Source: Klebsormidium nitens
Lineage: Eukaryota > Plantae > Klebsormidiophyceae
Reading direction: 5' to 3'
Assembly: GCA_000708835.1 (NCBI GenBank)
Contig: DF237051.1
Coordinates: forward strand, 139,037-203,036
DNA length: 64,000 nucleotides
Shown: positions 1 to 12,400 of the stretch, one piece after another
How the letters are laid out: the number at the start of each line of letters is the position of its first letter
Position numbering within the stretch: position 1 is the first letter of the stretch
Notes under the pieces: model-generated
What the model saw: only the letters and a program-made list of their open reading frames with translations
What the model was told of the DNA's origin: nothing
Databases searched by the model: none
Made by a program: the position numbers and the translations under genes

Positions 1-152
1 TGCGATCTGCTTGAATTTCTTTGCATCAAGTCAAATATCCGCTTGGGAAAAGTAGGGTGTGCACAGAGACAAACCCAAAGCTGTCAAATACTCTTGAATT
101 CTGCACAAGGTGTTGGAGGCGCGCCAAATCAGGGCGCACCACTTGGAGCGCC

Positions 153-3100
153 ATGGCCCCTTCCCGAGCTAGCCTCCTTCCTGGTTTGATGCTAGCTGCC
201 ATTTTGCTTACATCCAGCTTTACCACGATCTCAGCAGAGTTCAATCAAAGCGCTTCAGCATCCGTAACAAGATCAGTGATCCCGCCAAAAGGTAGCCCAG
301 AATATTTAGCGATGTTCCGGACCGAGGTGCAGGAGTATAACAATCTGATTCTGAAGCCGCTGTTGCCAGAAAGTATTCGCAGCAAGATCTCTCATGAGTG
401 GCAGATCTACGTGCGGAACTTGTTGTCGGGTCTAGCGCTTTACTATGTTACGGGGGGCCTGTGGTGCGTCTACGTGTATGGCATCATGGGCAAAAAGTTC
501 TTCCCAAGTGGTGCGATCCCAAAGGTGGGCGATTGGTCAATCAGCTGATTCAGTTTGAGCTTTTCAAGAGCAAGAGGACTGACAGAGTGTACGGGGATTC
601 GGTTGGTTTGAATGGATTGCACCACTTAGATCAAGCACGGCGCACTTCTGGTTCTCTTCCTGTGTTTTCCTCTTAGGTGGAATGTAGCGCCATCTGATTC
701 ATTGCAAGTTCGTCAGGTTCTCCTTGTGGGTTAGCGGGTCGATTCGGCAGGGGCAAACTGTGCTGCAAAATTCAAGAGTCGATGCCCTTGACAAGGAAGG
801 TCCAAAGGTTTTTACGCCGCTCTGCCGTTTCAGATTCCTTCATTTCTTTGGCTGTCAGATACTTGGAATCCGGGAATCTGTCCCTTGAGACGTCTTGGTG
901 TATACCACCTTGAGTGTGTGCTCGCGGTGGTGGGGTCTTTCAGAGCTGCATCAATGTTGTCCTTGTTCGTTGGAGCTTCCTTGCAGGCGGATGTCAAGTT
1001 GGAGCAAGTGGTAGTTTGACAAGTTGATGCCCCTCTTCATGTCCAAATTGGTCCGCAACCTCTGGAGACCGCTCGAAATTGTCCTGATTGGGTTCACTTT
1101 CCGCAGACTGAGGACTCGAGGAAGGACTTTGTCCTCAATCCAGTTCCCTTTTTGACGTCATCCGAACTTCTACAAAGCTGTCCGCACCCCTCCCGATTCT
1201 TGCAAAGTCTGTGCAGGCGAATGACTGTGGAAGCAGATTGCGGCTTCTGTCGTGCACATCCAAAGCTCTCTTCTGTCACCATCGATCTTGTATGTCGCGC
1301 AGGCCGATGACATGTGGAAGCAGATCGCGGTGTCTACCAGGGCGATGCCGCTGTACGTGTTGATGCCCACAGTGAGCGAGCTCATGATTGAGCGCGGCTG
1401 GACACGTTGCTACGCACGCGTTGAGGAGTATGGCTGGATAAACCACTTGCTTCTGGCCGCGACCTACATGGTAAGCGCAAGGAACGTGGCCTCAAACCAT
1501 TCCAAGGTTCTGTCTGTACTATATTTGACCCGCTTCTGTGATAAGATGATCAGGAGCACGATTCGTTCTGGTCCTTCCCACCTTCCGGCCGTCTGCTTCG
1601 CGCAAGTTGAGGAGTATGGCTGGATCAACCACTGGCCACTGGTTGCAAGCCACAAGGTAAGTTAGTGTCCAGCGGACTTTGGTTTGATCCCCAGACCTTT
1701 TGATTGTTTTCACGCTCGCTGTTTGTTATGCTAGCCGTCTCAGGAGGGGCACAAGTGCGTAAAAACATTACTCTTAGCCCCCACGATTCTAGACTTGATT
1801 GCTGTGCAAGTCTTCTGCTTTTGCCGTTTCCCATTCTGGCGTCTCTGCTGTGCTCGTGGCCAGGTGCGTCAGTCACTCAGTGCTCGCTGCCGCATACATG
1901 GTGTGAACGTCCTCGACTCCTGCTTTGTTCACTTTGTGTCCTTCTAAGCACCGGCGACAAGGAAGTGCGACTGTGTGTGAAGTCAAAATAAGCGTTCCCC
2001 TACTCCGTTGCGATGAAGAATTACTGAGAAGCGCCGGGCGCTACAACCACAGCTATCCTCAGCTCTGGGACATGTGCTGTTATTCACGAGCCGGTCTCTT
2101 TTTACCACTGCGACCAAACCCGTCGAATAACCGCCCTATTCAAGTTACCGCAGACGGTGGTCGAGTCTGTCGTGTACTTGGCGCCCCAGATGGATCCTAA
2201 GTTGCACATGGACATCCTGGGTTGGCGACGCCAAGAATTTCAGACTAGAGCAGTTTCCCTTGCAAATGTCTGCTGAGGCTCTCGAGTTTTCCATTGCAGA
2301 CGGTGGTCGAGTTTGGCGTGTACTGGATGCATCGTGGGCTACACGAGATCAAGTGGGCGTACAAGTTGCTGCACGCCACGCATCACATCTACAACAAGCA
2401 GAACACGCTCTCGCCCTTCGCCGGTAAGCGGCCTCGCAAAGCTTCTTCTCTTCTCTAGTTGCGTGACCTTCGGCAGTTGCTGTTCTCCTTCCGCTTCCTT
2501 TAAAACCTCGGCTCCTTTGCATCTATTCCTTCAAGCTTGGAGTGCTGCGATTACGAGATTCTGCGGTTGTTCACAGCTTGTCCAAGGCGACCTTGAAAGC
2601 CTACATGCTCGAGCGACAACCATACCGAAACCCAGCATCCTGAGTTCCTCGGTCGCGAGCTTGACATGCTGTAGGCGTCGCCACACATCCTTGCGAATCA
2701 AGGGTTCCAAGGTTTCCGGCAACCGTTCTTGGCCCGTTCTTGCCAATCTATATAATAAGACGTTGTAATACTTTGAAAGTGCTGAGCTCTTCGGAACCCG
2801 GAGCCGTCGGTTGCAGGCTTCACCTTCCACCTTGTTGAGAGGATATGCTACACATTCCGTACTCTCGAATCCCCTTCTGACAAGCCTGGCCACGTAAACA
2901 AAGCTTAAAACTCTGAATGCATTCTCTTTCCGCTGTCCTTCTGTCTAGTCTTCCTAGAACAGCTGAAACCCTGAAATCCCAAAGGTAAAACCTTGGGTTG
3001 CAGGTTCGGCGTTCCATAAGGTGGACGGCATTCTGCAGGCATACGTGTTTCCTGTGAGCAAGACCTCAGAAACCAATTAACCAAGTCAAAACCCGAGAAC

Positions 3101-4118
3101 TTTCAAACCCCACGTATTCTGAATTTCCAGGCCTGGCGTTCCACCCGGTGGACAGCATGCTGCAGGCGTCGTCATACGGGTTTGCTATCGACAAGACCTC
3201 AAAAAGCTCATTTACAAAGCGAGTAACCCATAATTCTCAAACTCTCAAACCCTGGGTTACAGGCCTGTCGTTCCACCCGGTGGACGGCATGCTGCAGGCG
3301 TCGCCATGCGAGTATGCCATCAATAAGACCTCAAAAGGTCCATGAATAAAGCGAGGAACTTGAGATTTTCTAACCCTGGGTTACAGGCTTGGCGTTCCAC
3401 CCGGTTGACGGGATGCTGCAGGCGTCGCCGTACGTGTTTGCGCTGTTCCTGGTGCCGATGCACTTCTTCACGCACGAGCTGCTGCTCTTCATGACTGCCG
3501 TCTGGACGACCAACATTCACGACTGCGTCGACGGCCAGGTTAGCGCTTACCTAACTTGAGTCTAGTTCCGGTTGTAAGAGCGGCTTCGTAACTGTAAGCT
3601 TGGCTCACTTTTGTTCAAATTAAGGGCTAACCCAGGTTGCTTAAGGGCTAAAACCTGGGTTTAGGACTCGGGACTAGGTTGTAAACATCGATTCGCCAAC
3701 TCCTGTTTTCGTCTGTTGGGACCATCCATGACTGCATCGACGGTCAGGTCAGTTGCCCCTGGTTTGGCAGTATCTTGAAAGAGTCCAATCCCTTCCCAAT
3801 CCAAGAGCAGAACCGGTTGTAGGACTTTGGATCGCAGAGTTAAAAGTGCGAGCAACTTGATTAAACACTTTGGCCAAAACTTATGTTTCTATTTCTATTG
3901 CTGTTAGTGTTAGTGTGAAGGTAGTTTCTGAAACCCATTCTTCCTAACGTCAGGTCTGGCCGGTGATGGGCGCGGGTTACCACACCATCCACCACACAAC
4001 GTACAAGCACAACTACGGACACTACACGGTGTGGATGGACTGGATGTGCGGCACGCTACGGACGCCCCCCCGGAGTCCGGCAGCGTCCGAAAAGCTGGCG
4101 GGGGCGAAGAAAGAATAA
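153..4118 (+). CDS. STE1: Delta7-sterol C5(6)-desaturase (lathosterol oxidase, ERG3/STE1/DWF7 family), 5 exons
   Basis: Exons 153-524, 1303-1470, 2300-2423, 3387-3538 and 3954-4118, all GT-AG and phase-consistent. The spliced product has the three His boxes of membrane desaturases (HRGLH, HATHH, HTIHH) and plant STE1-like motifs ([58 protein letters not shown]). Stop TAA at 4116-4118. Confidence 0.93.
2980..3440 (+). repeat. Four ~124-132 bp tandem units, each an intron 3' end plus the first ~50 nt of STE1 exon 4
   Basis: AG|G..GGCGTTCCACCCGGTGGACGGCATGCTGCAGGC-like sequence follows AG at 3003, 3130, 3262 and the real acceptor 3386. CAAGACCTCA(A/G)AA recurs in the first three units. Confidence 0.9.
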
Positions 4119-5634
4119 TTGGAGGGAAGACTGCTCCTGAGAGCCGCTCAGGAGGACACGTGGCAAGCATTGCCGATTATTTCATCAAGCTCTGTTCCAC
4201 ATTAAGGTCGGGGACGAGATGAGGGCGTTGTGATTGTTGGAGTTCAGAAACGATGCTTTGGTCGAGTCGGTACGGTCGGAACGCAGATGCTCTATGGATT
4301 GCAGAAGGACAAGGGTCGTAAGCGAGTTGCGAGCTTCTAGGCCACAGGATTGAGTCCACGTGTCAAAGCAGCGAGCACCATTGGTGTACTTTAGCATCGA
4401 CTCATTTCTGTAGGTTTGGACAGTGACTAAGTTTGGTACTCTTAAGTTAATTGATGACCATCTTGCTTGGTGCGTCAGAGCAGCATTTGATCACGAATCA
4501 GCAGATATCTAGCGTTCAACCGGATCGCATGCGATATGTTAAGCACGCTACTGCAACACGACTATAGTGCATGGTACGTTTGTGAGGTTTCTGCGGAGTT
4601 GTTCGCAGCCTGCTGATCGAAGCCTATCCTCGAAGCTGGTCGGACTCGGACGGTGACGTCACCAGCAATGTGCTGTGAGGCGACGCCGCTGACAAAGCGC
4701 TGGCAGAATGTGACGATCCCTTCTGTAACCTTGGCTCCTTCGAAATAAAAGAAGCTTGGGTTCTAGCGTCGGCGTAGGAATCTAGCTCAAGGAGCTGCCG
4801 TGTCGTAGCGCGAGACTGAAGGGCCGCATGCAGGCCTTAGTAGGCATTGGGAATTCGTCGATTCGAAACCGGCCGCCGACATGATTGATCCTCTTCAATC
4901 TGGCCATAATGATTCTGTTCCTTTGAGACGTTCTTGCCCGGCGTTTTATCATGTTCTATACTAGAATTCCAACTTAAGCAAATCCCTCATCATTACCTCT
5001 AGATGCGCCGCTTCGTGTTGCCATGTTCTTCGAGAAGTTCCGCATCGGCCCCTTCGGTCCGTGGCAGCGCAGCGCGGCTAGAGCTCGACTTTCTCTGTAG
5101 GCTGTCAGCTACGTTCAGGAATGCATGGTTCCAACCGCTACCAATTATGGCATATACGAACCAGCCAATTATTCATCTACATTAATCAAGACTCCGAGAC
5201 TGAAATATCATGCATTGAATCTATTGGGCGAATGCGTTCTTAATGCACCGCGTAACTGCAACATGGGTATATCAAGTGTACGTCGCCGTTGTATCTGCGT
5301 ATCCCATGCAATATGAGTTGCAACATGTATGCATGGCGGTCTCCTTCGAAAGGTTCTTTCAGCTTCTGTTACATCATGCATGCAGTGCATGACTCATGAC
5401 TCATGACTTATGACTCTCTGAAACCATGCAACTTGAAATATTTGCATCGAGCGCAAGACAAAGACAAACTCGTGTGAGGTATTAGTGCGCTACTGTAACT
5501 GATGAGCGACTCGAAAAAGCGTTTAGGACGGTAGCTGAGAGGATTATCCTAGGGAATCGTGTAAAAGGGTCAAAGTTTGGCTTCTCGAAGTATCTACAGT
5601 ACTCTCCATTGCTATCTCCTCCCTACAGTAGTGT

Positions 5635-7853
5635 CTAGAGCTTTTGACGCTCGAACGCCTTCTTCACACCTTCCGTGCATCCATCTAGCCACGTTGTGAA
5701 ATTTCGGTTCAGGAGCGGCCAGATCACCACCGACTCTGGGAGCCTTGTCAGACTTTCGCAGCCGCACAAGTCCAAATGGAGCATATGCTTCCAGGATCCA
5801 ACAGAGGCTGGAAGGGCGGTCAAACTGCTGCAGGCCGCGGCTCTCAAATAAGAGATTTTTCGCCACTGACCTACGCACTCAGGCAAGGCCCTCAAGGATG
5901 CGCATCCACTCAAATCTACGCGGCTAACTTTCCCCCATTGGCCGACACTATTCGGGAGCGACTCCAACTTCGGACACCTTATCTCGAGCTCACTCAATCG
6001 CGTCCAGGCGCCTACCGATGCCGGCAGGCTCTGGAGGTTTGGCCCTGTCAGTTCCAGGCACTTCAGTTGTGTCCAACCTGTAACCGCTTTCTCAGGAAGT
6101 TGTTCTGCTCTCAAGGCTTTGATGTTTAGGTAGGTCAAGCTGGACCATCCCTGAGTGCTCTCAGGTACATCTTCCAGTCTCCCTAACTTGACTTGGGTTA
6201 CCTTAACCCAAGCACCCACCTCCAACGGGAGAGCCATCCAACCCGAGATTGTGCTCAGATCAACAATCTCTAGCTGCTTCCATTCGCCTACTCCTGCAGG
6301 CAGCGTTGTCACAAGGTCACTACCAAAGATGGAGAGGCTTCTCAGATTTTTCCACCCCTTCACACCGGAAGGCAAGCCGCGGAATGAGCGGCAGCCTCCG
6401 ATAGTCACCCTTTGGAGGAGGCCCCATTGACTCACGGCATCTGGGAGAGTTTCGAGCTCGCTGTTCGAGAGTGTGAGATTGACTAGTGCCCCCCAAAATC
6501 CCCCTTCTTGCAAGCCGATCGGTTCCATCACTGGAGCACAAGGGGCTTCCTTAAGCAGGCCTTTCATTTTCGGACTTTTGCCCAAGTAAACAGTCTTCAA
6601 AAATGTCCATTGTTTTACCCCTTCGGGCAAGTACTCAAGCTGACCGCAACCGTAAGTGCTGAACCTTTTGAGCCCAGTCCAAAAGCCTACGCTCCTGGGG
6701 AGACCTTCGAGGGCTTCGCAGTCGCATACTTCAACTTTCTGCACCCCTCGCCATCCACCGACCCCCTCAGATAGGCTGCGCAAGCTCGCGCAGGAGGTCA
6801 GCTTCAAGCTGCGCAGTCGCTTCCAGCCCTCCACTTGCACGGGGAACGCCCCTAGTCTGTCGCAGGAGAGCAACTTTACCTTCCGCAATGAAGTCCACAG
6901 CCCCACCGAAGGTGGGAGGGAGAGCAGGCCAACGTGGTCCAGCACCAACACTTGCAAGTTGCGCCACGCTCCTATTTCTGTCGGGAGGGCTTCGAGACGG
7001 GGGCAATATGTGAGGGACAGCTCGCGCAGCTTGGCCCATGCGCCGATTCCCGGTGGCAGTGAGGCGAAAGAGGGTGCTCCACGCAGGCTCAGGACTTCTA
7101 GTTGGTTCCAGGCACCTACGAAAGGAGGGAAGCGCTGCAATCTAGGGGAGACGCGATTGCCAATGGCCTTGCTCAGTTGCAATACCCTTAAACCCTTCCA
7201 CATGGCAGCCGAGTCTGGCAGCTCCTCTGCAGTAAACCTGTCCACCTTCAGAAGCTGCAGGCTGGTCCATTGACTACTAGTCGGCGGAAGGCGCGGCAAT
7301 AGTACACAATCAGGCTCTTCAGGTGGATCCATCTCCGGGTTTCGGACATGCTCTCGGGAACAAACGCATTCCCGAGATGAAGGCTCTCCAGCCAGTCCCA
7401 ATGGGAGATGGTTGTTGGGATCAGCCTCGGATGCTGGAGTGCAGGGAAGTGATTGCCAAACGTAAGATGCTTGATATGGACGGATGTCTGATCGACAGAG
7501 CGTATCACTCTCTCAATTACTTCTGGTACGTCAGAGATCCTTGTTGTGGACTCGTCCTCATCGTGCACGTGTTGCGCAACCAGGTGAAGGGCATGGACGT
7601 GAGGGAAAAAGGTCAACAATCTCGTGACATGTTTCTCTGCATCTCCTCCGTGACGAAGGCAGTTGATCTCCACACACTTCGCTGCCTCTCTCCCAATAGA
7701 GCGCCACTCTTTGCACGCGCGCACGAAGGTCTCCAAACGGCTGTACTTGCGGTTATGGACAGGCTCATCTAAAAGTAGGCTTCCTATGTGAGCAAGGACC
7801 TCACTCGGCAGAGCAGCGACCATGCGGGGCGCTGCGCGGTGCTCGCAAGCCAT
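5635..7853 (-). CDS. F-box-like plus ~20 LRR protein, intronless, with an apparent 1-nt frameshift near 7280 (possible pseudogene or sequencing error)
   Basis: ORF 7248-7892 (first ATG 7853) has an F-box-like LPSEVLAHIGSLL...FVRACKEWR and the first LRRs. Overlapping ORF 5635-7401 carries ~23-24 aa repeats LPxxVGxWxxLxxLxLxxCxxLxx. The LRR register passes from one frame to the other at KSLIVYYCRAF / RLPPTSSQWTSLQ. Confidence 0.8.
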
Positions 7854-9437
7854 TCTAATTTTAGGAAGGCGCTGAATCACTCCTTTGCTCAAGAAATAAT
7901 GCCCAGGTGAACAAAGACAGGATCCTTATGCAGAGTCCTCCGCCGCGGCCGCGGGACCGCGGTCAGATTCTGATCGGACGTGACGTGAAGGCGGCAGTCA
8001 CGTGACTGTGTTGTCCAGGCTTCAGGCTTGGTACTGTTGGCGATGGTACCAGGCTGTGCGCGCGTGCGAGCACCTTGTGTACATATGCGCAAGAGCTAAT
8101 TGATCAGCTATAGTTGCCGTGCAGTAGCGCTTGGCCAGCGCTTGCGACGCGCGAGCTGGGGCGGCGCGCGGCTACAATGCAGGGTCTTCCCCCGGTTTCT
8201 TGAGCGCCGTCGGATGAGCGCCAGACTTTCGTGCACCGTCGATCCGAGATGCCATTAGTGCAGTCACCGAGTGCCCGGTTGGCCCTCAACTGGCCCGGCC
8301 GGCAGCTCACCGCGCGCGCGGCGGCAGCCTGGCGGCCGCGCTTGACCGTGCACATGGTAAATGGGCAAACGGCCTCATGTGTGACGAAATAAACGCCCGT
8401 CTCCGCAATAGAATGACATACACTTCCGCCGCCGCCGCCGGCAGTGCACAATGAACATCAGCCGTATTCACCGGCACCCTGCGGAGACTCTCCTACTACA
8501 TCATGCTCATGCTTCCATACTTGGTGAGTGGCCATGAACAAGGAGATGCAACATGCACGAAGGCGCCGTGCCCTCTCAATTTCTCTTCCTTAGGTCAATT
8601 GAAAATTAGAGTTCAGTCATGTTTGGGTTCACGAAGTATACTCTACTCTCTGGACGGGATTGCCGCCGACCTGTTGAGGTTACGTGCACGACCGTCGACG
8701 CCTAGAGGGTTTGCAAGGTTTACCGAAGAGGGGCGGCCGCGCCCAAGCGCGCGTATGCGATTCTTTCGCGGCGAAGCCATTTCATTTCGTCACACATGCA
8801 ATCTGGCATGCCTGGCTGCATTCCATGACTTGAGCTAGGAAGGTAATAGCACCTTAAGTAGGGCCAGATCTTTTCAATTGCACGCACTATTGAATCCGTC
8901 GTAAGTCGAATCAAACCGTCTAGACAAACGGTCATGTACCGCGTAATATGGAGCTTGGGGTCAGACTTATGCGAGCTGTTTAAGATTTGGAAAGCCGGCC
9001 GGGCCGTATGGAGAAACATATTATTACTTGCACGCCGCCGAGTCGACTCTAATTTTCCATTGCGTATAATTAAAGCGTCTCAGCAGTGCAGTTCGGAAGG
9101 AAAAATGCGTCTGATCGCTCGCCGACGGCCATTTGAATGTAAAGTTGGAATCCCATGCTTGAGATGCGGCATAACTTGATGGGCCATCTATGATCGACGT
9201 CACCACTAACGATTGAAAAGTCATGTGTGCTCTTATTGAAACGGTTGGGTTTTCCATTCTGCCTTTCCTGAAGACAGTGCATTTCTCAACCCTGCGAGCC
9301 TCTTTCACATCCTGTCTGTATATACCCACCAATTCAAACCCACGGTCTCTTGCAATTGAGATCCTGTACAATCCTCTACCTAATCAACTCCGCTTTACAG
9401 TGCGCGCAATACAATCGCCTAAGCCCCTCTCGCTTTC

Positions 9438-12400
9438 TCATCTGAGAAACGCCTTATCGCTGTCGATCGAACTTCCGAGGTAGCCGCCCGCATCTTCCAT
9501 CACGAACAGCCCATCGTCGCTCCCACGCGGCGACATTACGTCGCTAGTTGGCGAGAGCAGGTCGCCCTCTGAGCTGGCGTTGGACACCCGGTGGAAAGTC
9601 GTTTCGGCGACTGGAAGGGCTTCGGTGAAGGGCAGCCGGTCGCCGGTGGAGTACACGTACAGGGTCGGGATGGCTGCCGTGTTGAAGCCGTTGAACGCAG
9701 AGCCTGCGCAAAACGATCACAGCACGAGTCAATAAGGGCAGTTGGGATCTGAAAGGCGTGCTTTCTACAGATCGATGTTCCACTTGTTAGCCTGTATAAG
9801 GGCACGCCCAGTCGTTTTACTTCCTAAAACGGACTGCTCCCGTTTTTTGTAGCTCTTTGTTCTCTTTCGAGCGCAAGGAAGTTCTGATGCAACGACCAGG
9901 ATCTTTCGATCCGAGTAGTAGCAGTCAGGTTAGCACTTCTGTGGACTGACTGCCTCAACTCAAATCGGTTTTTCAAAACGACTTACGATCGTTTTGAATA
10001 TCATACGAAATGTGTCAAGGACGGAGGCAAAGCGCGTATCAGAAACAAACCAAGGGGCTTGATTCTGGAACGGTGAACTGGCTCTTAATAACGAGATGAC
10101 TGCAGGATTTTCAACGAGTGCATTCTCACCGGCTGTCTGCGTGTAGGCCCCCATGTTTGACCAGACGAGCCAGTCCCCGACCTGCAGCCGGGGCAGCGGG
10201 TAGTCGCGGAGAATCGTGTCGAGACCGTCGCAAGTGGGACCAAAAACGGTGGACCTGCCGAGAGAAGAAGACAAAACTTGGCTTAGGGATGTTGTTCTGA
10301 GCACTATAACTTGATGACCCCTTTCTGGTCGTTTGTGTCGGATGTAGCGCTGGGCCCTTAGGTGTGTGGCTCTGGCGCTCCGTTGCGAGAGACGTTCCAT
10401 TACGAGAAAGGGAGATGAAGTTCAGCAGAAGGCGCTTCTCGGTTCAAAGGAGCAATGAGATTGATTCTGCTCTACATAAATAACATACGTGCTGTTTGGG
10501 TTGCTTCTTCTCATCTTCGGAAGGACGCGACTCTTGCACGCAACTGCGTAGACTCCCATACGCATGCTCCTTTCCCTCGGGCTTAAACGCACGCAGACGA
10601 GCAGCGGAAGAACGTTGAATAGAACACTTCAGGACAAGAAAAGCGAAACAAAAAGGAAGGTTCTTAAGTAGAGGAAGTACGCGCCTTCACTCGTAACACT
10701 TGTGAAAGTTGGTCCGTTCTTCGCAGCCGAAAACCAGACGGAAAGGGAAAAGGCCCTCACCCTAACCTCTTTTCCCCGGGCTCCCCCCCCGCAGCGGCCG
10801 GAAGTCCAGCGTGGTACAGGAGATCAAAAGGCAACCGGAACGGAAAGCATGTCGGTGGAAAACACACTCACCCGTACGTCCGCTCCCCGGGCTCCGCGTC
10901 CCGCAGCGGCCGGACGTCCAGCGTGGCGTGGTCGTACAGGACGCAGTTCATGCTGCCGTACATGCCGTCGTTCGTCCAGTACTCCTGCGTCCCCTCGGCG
11001 CCCTCGCGGCCGCGGTGCCCGAAGACGCACGTGGCCAGGCTGCCCGGCGCTTCCGCGAAGTAGCGCCCGGGTTCCGCGATGATGGACACCCCGCAGCCGG
11101 GCGGGAAGTGCGCGTCGAGAGCGGCGTTGATCGCGGCCGCGGCGCGGGCGAAGGGGAGGCGGCCGCGCACGGAGAAGCCGCCGCCGATGTCGAGGATGGT
11201 CATGGGCGGCAGGCCCAGGGTTTGGGACAGGTCGAAGATGCGGCGCGCGGCGCAGATCGCGTCGGCGTGCGCGCGAGCGCCCCCAGCGCCGCTGCCCACG
11301 TGGAACGAGATGCCTGCAATCAGGAGGACGATTGTTGATGATGTACTTTGGTGCTGAGTAGAGTGCCAGAATAAGAGGTGCAACTGTCAATCGTTTACTC
11401 ACAAACATCTCGTCGAGACAGGATAAACGAGGCTGCTGTTCGGTTTCTTCGGAAGGGGTTTGTCTCTGGCTGAAGCAGCTCGCGGAATACAATCAACTAA
11501 GGTGGATAAATTGCAAGCAGCTGGTGGGTTGCAATCGGCGACATGAGCGACCGCCATCGAATCGAGTCCTGGAAGCACGAAGTGACCGCATTACGTGCTG
11601 AACCAAGGGCACGCTCAACCGAATCAAAGCAGCAAAGTAGAGCGGCAGCTGTTCTCTGTCGATTCTGGTAGGATTATTTCGGGAAGTCGACTCCGAGACG
11701 AAGCTGTCAGCAGCCAGGATTTACAGTTGCCCCTTAGAATGAAGCAGATTTTGCCATACGCAACGACTCGAAGACAGCCATAGTTGGCCTCTTAGGGGTC
11801 GCCAACTCTGGCCGATGCCTCGAACTTGTTTCCTATTGTGCCCGAAGGTCTATTCCAGCCACGTACCGGCCACATGGATCCCCAGCGCGCGCGCAGTCGT
11901 CAGCAGCTGCGGCACGTCCTCGACGAGCGCGCCGTACTTGACGCCAAGCGGGCACTGCGCCTCGGGGTCGTCCGCGCGGATCCGTAACAAAACCCGGGTT
12001 TGCGGGTGCAACTCCTTCAATTTGTGGAGCTCGCCCTCGCTGTCGAAGGTGGTTAGGTTAACCCCGGTCTCGGCCGCGTGCCGGATGTGCCCGGGCATCT
12101 TGCACGGGTTGGCGAAGAGGAGGGAGCTGGTCGGGACGCCCACCTGGCGCAGCATCTCGATCTCGGCCTTGCTGGCGACGTCGAATCCTGGAAAGAAGGG
12201 GTTAGGAGCCTGGTTAGGAGTGTTTGCTAGCTGGGATCTTCGAACCGAATGGAGATTACGATCAGAATATCAGAGACGTTTCGAAGTGTTCTGATTGATT
12301 TCTGACTTAGAAGATTTGAGCCCTCTTGATTCGGACTAAAAGTTGGAAACAGATTCCGGGAAGAAGCGTTCAGATTACTTTGCAGATGCTTGCAAAATGA

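Noticed and set aside
2980-3440. CRISPR-like array (regularly spaced repeats)
   Set aside because: The repeats are degenerate copies of an exon junction in a eukaryotic gene. The 'spacers' are mutually homologous and there are no cas genes.
5380-5420. CATGACT x4 and CATGCA (RY-like) cluster
   Set aside because: Short slippage repeat between two convergent 3' ends. There is no evidence for a regulatory role.
10702-11492. Overlapping ORFs around ODC exon 3 (10811-11338 +, 10824-11492 -)
   Set aside because: Alternative frames of a high-GC3 exon. Only one frame has ODC motifs.
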